From positions 1,152,001 to 1,216,000 of the forward strand of contig OZ251518.1 in NCBI GenBank assembly GCA_965242965.1: DNA of 64,000 nucleotides. The letters are read 5' to 3'. The stretch comes from Candidatus Poribacteria bacterium. Lineage in GTDB: Bacteria; Poribacteria; WGA-4E; WGA-3G. Shown in pieces: positions 49,941-62,352 of the stretch; the first letter of the stretch is position 1; each line of letters opens with the position of its first letter. The notes under the pieces are model-generated. The model did no database searches. It was given only the letters and a program-made list of their open reading frames with translations, and was not told the origin of the DNA. Both the position numbers and the translations under genes were made by a program.

Positions 49941-51311
49941 TTATTTCTTCGGTGTTTGGACAGGCTCCGCTTTTTCAAGGATTGCCCACTTTGTGAAATT
50001 CGTGATAACGCTGTCGGCGTTGACAGCATACCACTTGCCATCTTCAATTGTCATGATGGCGGCGGTGCGCTTGCCCGGGGCAATTGATTCGGAAAAGAAA
50101 TCCGCTGGCAGCCAATTTTCATACGTGCCAGGTTCGCCATCGCTCCACTGCCATCCGGTTGCGGTGCGGCTGAGTCCTATCCAATAGAAGTCGCCGCGGA
50201 AAACCGCGGATACCCACCGCTGCTCTGCCTCGTCATTAATGGAGACGAGTTGTGCATCTTCAGCGGCGGCGAAGGCGAGTGCCTCGTCGCGCGTCGCGCA
50301 GCGGATACGTTTGTAAACGTGCCCGTTTGCAGGATTGCCTATCCATACCTCGTCAGAACCCAGTCTCGGCGTAGGCGCGGGCGCGTCTGCCACAGCGGGA
50401 GCAGTTTTCAACTGCACTGCTTCTTCAGCGGGGAGCGGTTCGCTATTGAACGTCAGCACCAAACTGTCGTGGCGTTCCCCCGGTTCAAGAAGCACCGGCT
50501 CCGATTCGACTTCCAGTGCCTTGTAGATAACTACCACAGTATAGAACGCATCGTCATCTTTTTCGTCCAAATAGTGGACAAAGTAGCCTTCGGCATCTGT
50601 CCATGGCGTGCTAACTGAATTACCCGAACCTTTCCCATCCGCGTCCCGGGAACGCACGTTCAGACGAATCCGTGCATTGGCAAGGGGTATTCCATCTTTG
50701 AATAGGATTTTTCCCCGAATGCGCATCCGAGGCTGCACCGTGACGAGAGCGTCTTCAAGGTGCATCCCCGGCCTAATTGCAAACACGATTTCCTCACCAT
50801 CGGCGTGAGGATAGCAGGATATCCCGCGTATACGAATGGACAGCACTTCTACATCAGGTTCAAAATCGGTGTTCTCCATGCCAAAACTGCTGGAGACGAG
50901 TGCTTCCAAACTATCCGTTTCAAACGCCGACATGAAGAGCGCGTCTACCTCGGCTGCGCTCATTTCCTGCAGGTGCTGAGGGAGGCGTGCCGCGATATTG
51001 TGAGGGAGCGCGCCAAAGTAAACGGCTCCGGATGGAATGCCCGTGATGGAAAACCGTCCCGCTGCATCAGTGCGCGTACGGCGCAGTCGTGGGTAGTCCC
51101 CTGGGAAAAAGGCTGCCGAAGGCCAAGCCAGCGCGTGCTCCATCCCGGCGGGGCCGACGAATATCGGTAAATCGGCGACAGGGTTGCCCTCAGAATCGAC
51201 AACGCGTCCCGAAAAAGTGCCTGTCTCTCCTTGGGCAAGGCTTCCGTCTACAATAATGCCCAAGAAAAGCGCGAAAATTACGAGCGTCACGGTGAAGTTT
51301 GCGCGGTTCAT
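49941..51311 (-). CDS. Secreted protein with carboxypeptidase-regulatory-like repeats and a C-type lectin domain
   Basis: Signal peptide, SGRVVD..TDAAGRF, NGHVY, LVSINDEAEQ and YWIGL. Confidence 0.8.
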   Translation of the reverse strand: MNRANFTVTLVIFALFLGIIVDGSLAQGETGTFSGRVVDSEGNPVADLPIFVGPAGMEHALAWPSAAFFPGDYPRLRRTRTDAAGRFSITGIPSGAVYFGALPHNIAARLPQHLQEMSAAEVDALFMSAFETDSLEALVSSSFGMENTDFEPDVEVLSIRIRGISCYPHADGEEIVFAIRPGMHLEDALVTVQPRMRIRGKILFKDGIPLANARIRLNVRSRDADGKGSGNSVSTPWTDAEGYFVHYLDEKDDDAFYTVVVIYKALEVESEPVLLEPGERHDSLVLTFNSEPLPAEEAVQLKTAPAVADAPAPTPRLGSDEVWIGNPANGHVYKRIRCATRDEALAFAAAEDAQLVSINDEAEQRWVSAVFRGDFYWIGLSRTATGWQWSDGEPGTYENWLPADFFSESIAPGKRTAAIMTIEDGKWYAVNADSVITNFTKWAILEKAEPVQTPKK

Positions 51312-52537
51312 CGTTCTCCCTCCTTTTCAATCAGCGCGGTGCGGAGAAACCGCCAATAAACCTGTTCAGGCCCGGTGTCTGCCCAACCGCCTTGCCAGAT
51401 AACGTAATCCTCTTCGCCGCCATCCGTATCGTGGGGTTCGTGCGGTGCCCAGTTGGTATAGGTGACCGGTTCGCCGCTGTGCCAACGCCACTCTCCCTCT
51501 TTTGCGATGTCATTGAGGCCAATGAGCGTCAGGTGCGGTGCGAAAACACGTTCCAACCACTGCTGCTCTGCCGCGTCGTTAATGGAAACGAGATACGCTC
51601 CCTCTTCGCTGGCTTGGACGATGGCATCCTCCGGACCGCGGTACAGGCTCTTTTTGTAGGCATGCCCGTTGCCGGGATTGATAAGCCACACACCGTGCGG
51701 GTCCAGCACTGAAGAGACAGACGCGCTCGCGCTGTGATGACGGGAAGCGGCATCGGGCACCTGCGGCAACGGCGCAGTAAACCTCAAAACCGGGGCGAAC
51801 GATAACGTCCCAGGTTTCAGCAAAAATGGCTTTGCCTGAGCCCGGTGCCCCTGATATGTCGCCGAAACTATGTAATAAACAGGCGCGTTTGTTGGATACC
51901 GAGACACCCACTGCACAAATTCGCCATCGGCATCTGTTTGGACAGACATGCCCACGCTACTTTTGCCTCCATCTTCTAAACTCAAGAGTTGCACATGAAG
52001 GCTGATATTGGCGTTGACAAGCGGCTTCTCGTCCATGCCGCGGACCTGCCCCTGTATCTGTAGTGCCCGCCGCACCGTAACCTTAACGTTTTCGATCTGT
52101 TCTCCCGGTTCCGGCACAAAGACGATGCCGCCGTCACGCGCAAATCTGCTTGCATAGAAGATGAATCCGTTCAGGTCAGCGTGCAGCACATCGGCTGGCG
52201 GCTGATAGAACGGTAGGAGCCCGAAGAGGACGGGGCCCGGACTGAAATCGGTGATGGAGAAATTCCCATCGGCATCGGTAACCACTGCGAACGCCCTCGG
52301 GTCATCCAACCCTGGGCTATCTTCGTGGAGTGGCACGGTGAACCATGCGCCGTGGCCATCTTCCACCGGCATGAGTGCCACGGTAACGCCGCCCATCGGC
52401 TCACCTGCCTCATCAATAACGCGACCGGCGAAGAGAGACGTAGCATCTTGCGCAATGCCAGAGTGCGATGCGATGAGGAGACATGCCAACATGCCTGCGA
52501 GAAAGGGCAGTGAGGTTCTAAAGGTTAAATGGTTCAT
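51308..52537 (-). CDS. Paralogous secreted C-type lectin domain protein
   Basis: AGRVID..TDADGNF, NGHAY, LIGLND..EGEWRW and YTNWAPHEP. Confidence 0.8.
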   Translation of the reverse strand: MNHLTFRTSLPFLAGMLACLLIASHSGIAQDATSLFAGRVIDEAGEPMGGVTVALMPVEDGHGAWFTVPLHEDSPGLDDPRAFAVVTDADGNFSITDFSPGPVLFGLLPFYQPPADVLHADLNGFIFYASRFARDGGIVFVPEPGEQIENVKVTVRRALQIQGQVRGMDEKPLVNANISLHVQLLSLEDGGKSSVGMSVQTDADGEFVQWVSRYPTNAPVYYIVSATYQGHRAQAKPFLLKPGTLSFAPVLRFTAPLPQVPDAASRHHSASASVSSVLDPHGVWLINPGNGHAYKKSLYRGPEDAIVQASEEGAYLVSINDAAEQQWLERVFAPHLTLIGLNDIAKEGEWRWHSGEPVTYTNWAPHEPHDTDGGEEDYVIWQGGWADTGPEQVYWRFLRTALIEKEGER

Positions 52538-52658
52538 TATTAACTCCTCCTTTCAAATGCTATTTTTTTTTCTTCCAAGCCCGGGAGGGCAGTCCTGCCT
52601 ACAACAATCGCTATTCTACTTTTAAACGTTACGTCTTCCGAAAGGGTTTACTTAAAAA

Positions 52659-53311
52659 TGAGGGTGTTTCATAAATCGCTCAACGTCGCGGGGACAGGCC
52701 CCGCGCTACGATAAAACGGCCCGGGTTACCGTAGGGCGAGGGCCTGTCCCTCGCCATGCTGCGGTCTATCAAAAACCTCTTTTAGGTCCTTGGGCGAGGG
52801 CCTGTCCCTCGCCATGCTGCGGTCCACCGAACCGCTCTGTAGTTCGGGTGCGCCTGCACCCGAACGAGTCTATTGCATCGCTACCGGGCGGTCTCTCCTA
52901 CGGGACGCTCGCGGGGGACAGGCCCCCGCGCTACGGTAACCGGACGGTTTCTTGAGTTATGAAACACCCTCACTTAAATGAGGGTGTTTCATAAATCCTA
53001 TGGCGCGCCGTCCCTGTCTCGCTGCGCGATGTTCCTGTAGGAGAGACCTCCCGGTCTCGATGGCTCCCGTAGCGCGGGGGCCTGTCCCCCGCGAGCGTTG
53101 GATTGCGCGAGCGATGGCGAGGGACAGGCCCTCGCCCTACGATGAAGGGGACTGTTTTTTTTCGCAGCGCGGGGGCCCTCGGATGCCACACGCGCATCCG
53201 AGCGGGTTTCCCCCGCGATCGCAGCATGGCGAGGGACAGGCCCTCGCCCTACGTGAAGGGGGCTTATCAAGACCAGGAGGGAGTGCAAACGGAATTTATG
53301 AAACACCCTCA
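52659..53311. mobile_element. Tandem pair of TIR-bounded composite elements
   Basis: Elements at 52659-52972 and 52979-53311, with ACTTAAA at all three junctions. Confidence 0.85.
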
Positions 53312-53340
53312 CTTAAATGCAGTCCTGCCTACAACAATCG

Positions 53341-55539
<2,199 letters not shown>

Positions 55540-55545
55540 TTACAA

Positions 55546-56007
55546 TGAGGGTGTTTCATAAATCGTCCAACGTCGCGGGGGAAACCCGCTCGGATGCGCG
55601 TATGGAAACCTCCGAGGGCCCCGCGCTACGGTGAAAAAACGCCTCCTCTTCACGTAGGGCGGGGGCCTGTCCCCCGCCATGCTGCGGTCCACCGAAACCT
55701 CGCGAGGAACAGGCCCTCGCGCTACGGAATAGGGAGGGCGATTGGGCCCTCGGACGTTCGCGAGGGACAGGCCCTCGCGCTACGGGGTAGAAGATTTTCC
55801 ATGCCACCGTAGGGCGGGGGCCTGTCCCCCGCCATGCTGCGGTCTACCGAAAACTCGCGAGGGACAGGCCCTCGCGCTACAGAATAGGGAGGGTGATTGG
55901 GCCCTCGGACGTTCGCGAGGGACAGGCCCTCGCGCTACGGGGTAGGGTGACGCATCGAGACCGGGAGGTCTCTCCTACCGAACACACCGAAATATGAAAC
56001 ACCCTCA
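55546..56007. mobile_element. MITE/REPIN-like composite element
   Basis: Paired ends with AATTTACA on both flanks. Confidence 0.85.
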
Positions 56008-56009
56008 AT

Positions 56010-57452
56010 TTACAGCGTATGCACCGACAAACCGTTTGCGATGGTTAACCGCCGCTGGCGCGTAAAGGTGCGCGGCCGTGTAAACCCTTCGCCTGTCGGC
56101 CCGGCGATAGTCATCGCCAAATAGCCCTCGCCTTCCAGTCCGCAAGATGCATAAGAAGGCGCGTTGATAACCACAACGTTGCAATCTGTCACCTTTGTGA
56201 ACTGGGTGATGCGCGCGGTGTTATGGGTGTGCAATACGGCAGTGTGCCGTCGCCCTCCCTCGGCCGCGACAGCCCCTTGGACAGCCTCGTTGAAATCGCG
56301 GCACCGCACCACCGGCAGAATCGGCATCAGATATTCGTTCATCACAAACCCGTGCTCTGCGGGGACTTCAACGACAATCGCCACCGTATCGGCAGGCGCA
56401 GTGATGCCCGCCGCGGCGAGAATGTGCTTGGCTTCCTTGCCGATGTAATCCTTGTTTGCCTCCCCGTTTTGGGTGACAACAGCCTCCAGCGCATCGCGTT
56501 GACTCGCGCCGAGGAGGTAGCCGCCGTTTCGCGTGAGTTCGCGAACTGTCTCATTGGCGACAGATTCCACGACAAAGAGTGCTTTCTCGCCGATGCAGAG
56601 CAGGTTATTGTCAAAACTAGTGCCAGCGATGACATGCTTCGCCGCTTGCGGAATGTCCGCCGTCTCGTCAATAATCGCAGGCGGGTTGCCCGGGCCGGCA
56701 GCGACAGCCTTTTTCCCACTGGAGAGTGCCGCTCTGACGACGCTCCCACCGCCGGTAGCCACCAGCATGGCGATATCCGGATGCTCCATAAGCTGTTTCG
56801 CCGTGCGGAGACTCGCATTGGCAACAGAAGTCAGGAGATTCGCGGGCCCACCCGCCTTCACGATGGCCTCATTGATGACGTGCATCGTCTCTTCGGTGCA
56901 TTCGCGCGCGTTGGGATGCGGACTAAACACGACAGCGTTGCCCGCCGAGAGCATGATAATCGCGTGGTTAATCACCGTCGAAGTCGGATTCGTGGTGGGC
57001 GTAATTGAATTGATAACGCCGAACGGGACATACTCCACCAGTAGCGTACCGGTGTCGCCTGTCATTGCCTCCGAGTGCAAATCCTCAACCCCCGGTGAGA
57101 GATGAACCGCGCCCTCGTTTTTCATCACCTTGTGTGCCGGATTGCCCATCTGTGTCTCTTGCGCGGCGAATTCGGCGAGCCGTTTCGCGTTTTCAAGCGA
57201 TGCTTGCTTAATCGCCTCAATCAGCTCGCGACGCTTCGCAAATCCGAGCGTGACGAGGGAAGCCTGCGCCGCTTTCGCCGCAGCAACCGCCTCGTCTACC
57301 GTCCCGAAAACGCCCGAGCGCGTTGAACCGCTGACGTTGTTCACGCCATTCACACTGACAGGGGATGCCGGTGCAACCGCGCCCTCCTGTTGCAGTGTCG
57401 TCAAGACCTGGGAAACAATCTCTTCAATCTGTTTCTCGTCAATTTGTGTCAT
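56010..57452 (-). CDS. CoA-acylating aldehyde dehydrogenase (EutE/PduP type) with encapsulation peptide
   Basis: PTTNPT, ATGG, AGPGNPP, FDNNLLCIGEK and TIAGPTGEG; N-terminal IEEIVSQVL helix. Confidence 0.92.
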   Translation of the reverse strand: MTQIDEKQIEEIVSQVLTTLQQEGAVAPASPVSVNGVNNVSGSTRSGVFGTVDEAVAAAKAAQASLVTLGFAKRRELIEAIKQASLENAKRLAEFAAQETQMGNPAHKVMKNEGAVHLSPGVEDLHSEAMTGDTGTLLVEYVPFGVINSITPTTNPTSTVINHAIIMLSAGNAVVFSPHPNARECTEETMHVINEAIVKAGGPANLLTSVANASLRTAKQLMEHPDIAMLVATGGGSVVRAALSSGKKAVAAGPGNPPAIIDETADIPQAAKHVIAGTSFDNNLLCIGEKALFVVESVANETVRELTRNGGYLLGASQRDALEAVVTQNGEANKDYIGKEAKHILAAAGITAPADTVAIVVEVPAEHGFVMNEYLMPILPVVRCRDFNEAVQGAVAAEGGRRHTAVLHTHNTARITQFTKVTDCNVVVINAPSYASCGLEGEGYLAMTIAGPTGEGFTRPRTFTRQRRLTIANGLSVHTL

Positions 57453-57571
57453 TCAGCCCTCCCATCTTTCGGTTGTGACGCTTCCAGGCAGCGCATGTTC
57501 GCGCGGGCTGTGCGCCGCTCGCACCGATGGCGCGATGCTGCATCGCGCCAGGTCCGTCGCGAACAACGGAT

Positions 57572-57856
57572 TTATTCGTCCGATGCCCCGCCGAGAATGG
57601 TTTCCACGTCTGAATGCGGACGCGGGATAACGTGCACCGAAACCAACTCGCCTACCGATTTCGCGGCCTCCGCGCCGGCTTCTGTCGCAGCTTGCACCGC
57701 GCCTACATCACCGCGCACCATGACGGTGACGAAACCGCCGCCTACCTGTTCCTTGCCGACTAATTTCACGTTAGCGGCTTTTACCATCGTATCAGCAGCC
57801 TCTACCGCACCGATTAGCCCGCGGGTTTCAACCATGCCTAAAGCTTCATTGCGCAT
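57572..57856 (-). CDS. Bacterial microcompartment hexamer shell protein (BMC-H)
   Basis: [34 protein letters not shown]. Confidence 0.96.
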   Translation of the reverse strand: MRNEALGMVETRGLIGAVEAADTMVKAANVKLVGKEQVGGGFVTVMVRGDVGAVQAATEAGAEAAKSVGELVSVHVIPRPHSDVETILGGASDE

Positions 57857-58063
57857 AGCGTTAAACTCCTTATCTGTTATCTGTTAAAAAATTCAATACT
57901 AGGCACCGCGCGCAGCAAAAGCCGCGCGCAAATGCCTTAAATCATATCACTCATTAAAATGATACTACAATTTCTCAATTTGTGCAAATTATTTTTTTAT
58001 TCGCGGCAAAATTACCGTGCAACTCAGTTTTCGGCGGTTTTTCTGCCGCTGATAGAAACTAAC

Positions 58064-58665
58064 TGAGGGTGTTTCATAAATCCGTTTCGGTATTTATTCC
58101 CCTTTGGGGGCGGGCGACTACCGAGCCCTCTTGGTAGGAGAGACCTCCTGGTCTCGATGCATCCCGGTAGGAGAGACCTCCCGGTCTCGATGCATTAAGT
58201 CCTACGGACCTAAAAGAGGTTTTTGATAGACCGCAGCATGGCGAGGGACAGGCCCTCGCCCTACGGTGAAAGGGGCCGTTTTGTGAAGAAAATGTCCGAT
58301 TACCGTAGCGCGGGGGCCTGTCCCCTGCGAGTAAAGAAACCGTCCCGTTATCGTAGCGCGGGGGCCTGTCCCCCGCGATCGTTCGGTAGATCGCAGCATG
58401 GCGAGGGACAGGCCCTCGCCCTACGGGGAAGGGGGCCGTTTTGTGAAGAAAATGTCCGGTTATCGTAGCGCGGGGGCCTGTCCCCCGCGATCGTTCGGTA
58501 GATCGAAGCATGGCGAGGGACAGGCCCTCGCCCTACGATGAAGGGGGCCGTTTTGTGAAGAAGATGTCCGGTTACCGGAGCGCGGGGGCCTGTCCCCCGC
58601 GATCGTTGCATGGCGAGGGAAACCCGCTCGCATGCGCGTGTGGCATGCGAGGGCCCAAGCCCTAC
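58064..58665. repeat. REP tandem array with one TIR end
   Basis: Three units of alternating hairpins with GGGGCCGTTTTGTGAAGAA linkers. Confidence 0.9.
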
Positions 58666-58687
58666 GATGAGGGGGATGTTTTTCGGT

Positions 58688-61600
58688 CTACGCGAGGAGA
58701 GGCGGCAACTCCCCAACCAACCGCACCGTCTCTTCACTAACATGCATCACCTGCCCAATTAACCGAACGATATATTGCCCATCTTCACCATTCGGATCTG
58801 AGATAATACCACTCCCATTCGGATCGGGTTTCACGCGATACCGATCGATGAGCCACTCTAATGCCGAACGCCTCCCCAAACGATAGTCAAACACTTCGGG
58901 AGGGATATCCACCACCGTCAAGGAGTCATTGTAGCGGAGTTGCGTCTTATCTTTGGATAACTCCATCTTCTCGACGCGCCAATTGAGCGGCGGGGTTTCG
59001 ATGAGGTTTGGCATCACGTCAAGGGTTTCATAGTTGACATGCAAGTCTGCCAAAGCGCGCCCGATCTCAACGAATCCCCAGAAATCCGGTGCGAAAGGAA
59101 TATGTGGCAAGTCGTGCTTGAGGTTCACCTGATATGTCTCGCGGTATTCGGGATGATGCAAAATCGCGTAATTGTAGTGGAAAATGTCCCACTTGGAGAT
59201 GGTATTGTCACCGTAATGCGTTCGGAAATGGGACAATGCCCAGTCGGTGATGTTCTCTCGACGGTTTGTGCCATCCTCATCGTAGATGTAGAAGGGAAAG
59301 CACTGGTTTCCGTCGGAGCCCGTGAGCGTCAAATTGGGGATGAGGTTGGACAAAAAACACCAAAAGTCCGTGCGCGCACCGATGCTTGGCACACAGATGA
59401 CGCGATTTTCCTGTTCCGCTGCAACTGTGGGAAAAATGGCGGGCATCCCGGCAACCCTGTGGTTCATCAACCTGTCAAAATAGAGATGCATTTTTGTGAA
59501 CGGACGATACAGGGACGTGCGGGTCTTTTCGGGAGAAAACTCGACCCGCGTTCCCTTTCCCAATGCGGCTTTCAGCCGGTTTGTCCACTTAATTTGGGCG
59601 CGATCAGGATTCACAAAATCGTTGACAGATATCTGCAGGTCGGTGCGCCGTTCCCACCGAGATGTCTCGGCGTTGTAGAACTCTATCATCCGCGCCATGT
59701 TTGCTGCCAATGTTTCCGGATTAAAATGGTAAGCCCACGCATCGCGGTTGGTTGAAACACCGAGACTATAGGTTTTAAAAATCGTGCCTTCCACGTCACT
59801 CCTCGCCGCTTTCGCTGACTTGGTGCCCATCGGCAGGAAGGTATCAAACTCGGCGCGCAGGCCTTCGGTGAGCCACATCTGGCGCGCGTTCGGTTGAATC
59901 TCTCGCCACTTGACATTGCCGAGGTGTGCGTTTTCTGTGAGAAATTGGAACGTGCTTTCTTTCGGGAGTGCCGCCGCTGCATCGCTATAGAGAATACTTG
60001 CGCTGCCCTCGCGCGGCTGCCCCGTTTTCACGAGGAAACTAATGCTCACCCCGACAGTAATTCCGAACACGTTGGAATTGCCCGGCTGTCCCTTCCGAAT
60101 GTTGCCACCGAGGTCTAGCACGTAAAGCCAGTCAAATTCCTCGGCGAGACACTGCCGCATGCCATCGAACATTTCGCTGTGGATAAAACTATTGTTGGTG
60201 ATGAGGGCGATGATGCCTTCTGGCCCGATTTTATCCGATGCCCACCGGAGAGATTTGACATAAGGATCGTAGAGTTTGTTTTTCGTTTGCGCGTGAGAAG
60301 CGGCGACGTAAGTGGCGCGGACGCGGTTATCCACAGCCTTGTGTTGCCGGTTCTGATTGTTATCGTTCTCGTTCTGCTGCCCGGCGTTGTAAGGCGGATT
60401 GCCGATGACGACGAACATCGGTGTCTCCTTCTGCTCTCGAACGCGCATAGTGTTTTCCGGCGTGAAATAGGCGAATTCGCCGGTCTGGTTCGGCGCGTCC
60501 ATCAACCCGAAGGTATCAAACGTGTCGACAAAACAGATGTGCTTGAACGGCTCATATCTCCCCATTTTTTCATAATAGGCGTGTTCAATGTTCATCGTCG
60601 CGATGTAGTAAGGGAGAAGCATCACCTCGTTGCAATGCAGCTCGCCTTTATACTTTTTGTCGAGCGCGATGCCGGGGATGTCCTGCATCAAGCGCACGAT
60701 GAAATTGCCGGTGCCGACGAAGGGATCGATGATGTGGACACCGGTATCGGCCAGGGATTTGCCGAAGTGGGTTTTCAGGAGATGCTGGACGCTGTTCACC
60801 ATGAAATCGACGATGGGCTGCGGGGTATAGACGACCCCGTGCCTATCGGCATCCTTGACAGAGAAATCTTGGAAGAAGCGTTGATAGAGGGTGTTGAGGA
60901 AATCCTGCTTCTGCGAGAAATCGGACAAGGTGCTGGCGGTTTTCTCGATCGCCGCGTAAAAAGGGTTGAGTTCTTTGAAGAACTGAGCCCGGTCAAAGGC
61001 GTATCGCGTGAGGACATCGATGACGTTCTCAATTTCGCGGGCGATGATATTGCGTCGGGTGAAATCGGGATTATTGAAGACGGTGCGGAAGATGCGTTCC
61101 GTCATCAGGTGCTGCGCGAGCATGCGTTCCACCTCTGTCTCGGCGAGGTTGGGGTTGATTGCATCTTGACACTGCTGATGGAAGTTCGTGAACGCCTCGC
61201 GGAACTCTGGCGTGTTTTGGCGTTCGGTTTGGATGAGCGTCTCCAATTTCGCGCCGAGTTCGGGGATGGTATCTTGGAACGTATTGACGGCATCATCCCA
61301 CTCGGCGAGATTCTCCTCCGTGTAAGTGAAGAAGGTTTCAAGGAGTTGGATGAGATTATGCGGCTCGGTGATGTCCAGGTCGAGGACAAGCGCGCCGTTT
61401 TGGTAGAGGATGGCGCGGTGCGGCGTTTGGAAGATGATGTTTTTGGCGGGGTAGCCCGTGGCAAATTTCTGTTGCGCTTCGGTGGGGAGATCATCGAGGA
61501 GATCTTTCGCTTCCCAATGTCCGAAGATGAGTCCGAAGTCGGTGACGATTTCGCCATCGATGCGGATGTGGTTTCCGTGGGGAGTGGTGCGCGTCTTCTC

Positions 61601-61759
61601 GCATATCAGCGTGAGGTTGCGCTGTCCGCAGTAGTATTGCAGGAGCGTTTGGAAGGCGACGCGGACGGCACCTTCATGTTGCGCGCCGAGTTTCGTGAAC
61701 TGCTTGAGTTCGGCGTAGTAGTTTTTTATGGGTTTGTGTGTGGTTTTGATGTTGAGCAT
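58688..61759 (-). CDS. Single-chain restriction-modification enzyme with N6-methylase and Type ISP-like C-terminal TRD, no helicase
   Basis: IDG..WEAK, GVVYTP, DPFVGTG, GNPPY, LYRPF and SALEWLIDRY. Confidence 0.85.
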   Translation of the reverse strand: MLNIKTTHKPIKNYYAELKQFTKLGAQHEGAVRVAFQTLLQYYCGQRNLTLICEKTRTTPHGNHIRIDGEIVTDFGLIFGHWEAKDLLDDLPTEAQQKFATGYPAKNIIFQTPHRAILYQNGALVLDLDITEPHNLIQLLETFFTYTEENLAEWDDAVNTFQDTIPELGAKLETLIQTERQNTPEFREAFTNFHQQCQDAINPNLAETEVERMLAQHLMTERIFRTVFNNPDFTRRNIIAREIENVIDVLTRYAFDRAQFFKELNPFYAAIEKTASTLSDFSQKQDFLNTLYQRFFQDFSVKDADRHGVVYTPQPIVDFMVNSVQHLLKTHFGKSLADTGVHIIDPFVGTGNFIVRLMQDIPGIALDKKYKGELHCNEVMLLPYYIATMNIEHAYYEKMGRYEPFKHICFVDTFDTFGLMDAPNQTGEFAYFTPENTMRVREQKETPMFVVIGNPPYNAGQQNENDNNQNRQHKAVDNRVRATYVAASHAQTKNKLYDPYVKSLRWASDKIGPEGIIALITNNSFIHSEMFDGMRQCLAEEFDWLYVLDLGGNIRKGQPGNSNVFGITVGVSISFLVKTGQPREGSASILYSDAAAALPKESTFQFLTENAHLGNVKWREIQPNARQMWLTEGLRAEFDTFLPMGTKSAKAARSDVEGTIFKTYSLGVSTNRDAWAYHFNPETLAANMARMIEFYNAETSRWERRTDLQISVNDFVNPDRAQIKWTNRLKAALGKGTRVEFSPEKTRTSLYRPFTKMHLYFDRLMNHRVAGMPAIFPTVAAEQENRVICVPSIGARTDFWCFLSNLIPNLTLTGSDGNQCFPFYIYDEDGTNRRENITDWALSHFRTHYGDNTISKWDIFHYNYAILHHPEYRETYQVNLKHDLPHIPFAPDFWGFVEIGRALADLHVNYETLDVMPNLIETPPLNWRVEKMELSKDKTQLRYNDSLTVVDIPPEVFDYRLGRRSALEWLIDRYRVKPDPNGSGIISDPNGEDGQYIVRLIGQVMHVSEETVRLVGELPPLLA

Positions 61760-61847
61760 TGTTTTTTCTCCGTGTTTTGATTGGGTTATGAGTATTTTAA
61801 CGTAAATCAAGATAAATTGCAAGGAATTAAAAAACGGGGCATGAAAC

Positions 61848-62136
61848 GATCGCGGGGGACAGGCCCCCGCGCTACGGTAGATGAGGCGGCCGCGCGTTTG
61901 ATCCGTTCGGGATCAGGCGATCCCGAACTACAGTCTCTGGAGCACGCCGACGATCGCGGGGGACAGGCCCCCGCGCTACGGTATTCAAAACGGCTCCCTT
62001 TACCGTAGGGCGAGGGCCTGTCCCTCGCCATGCAACGATCGCGGAGAAAACCTCTTGAATGCGCGTATGGAAACCTCCGAGGCCCACGCGCTATGGAGCC
62101 TGAAACGATCGCGGGGGACAGGCCCCCGCGCTACGG
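61848..62136. repeat. REP-like cluster
   Basis: GATCGCGGGGGACAGGCCCCCGCGCTAC x3 plus other families. Confidence 0.85.
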
Positions 62137-62352
62137 TAAAAGATAGATAGAGAAATCCTCCGTTACCGTTCAAAATTGAATCGTTTTGTGCAAAAATTAT
62201 TTTTCTCTTGATTTTTAATGCACGTTTTGGTAAAATAATTAAAAGTGATAACCGAGTCAATCAAAACAGCGAGAGAAATGTCCGAAAAAGCGCGAACGCG
62301 CGCATCCGCCTGCACGCGGTAGGCGAAAATCACGATTAACGAAGGAGATTTT

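Noticed and set aside
58200-58665. CRISPR-like periodic repeats (also at 5095-5320 and 12860-13220)
   Set aside because: Two alternating palindromes with near-identical linkers rather than unique spacers; the same units are scattered through the window; no cas genes.
60179-61780. 533-aa plus-strand ORF
   Set aside because: Antisense shadow of the R-M gene caused by codon bias; no motifs or RBS.
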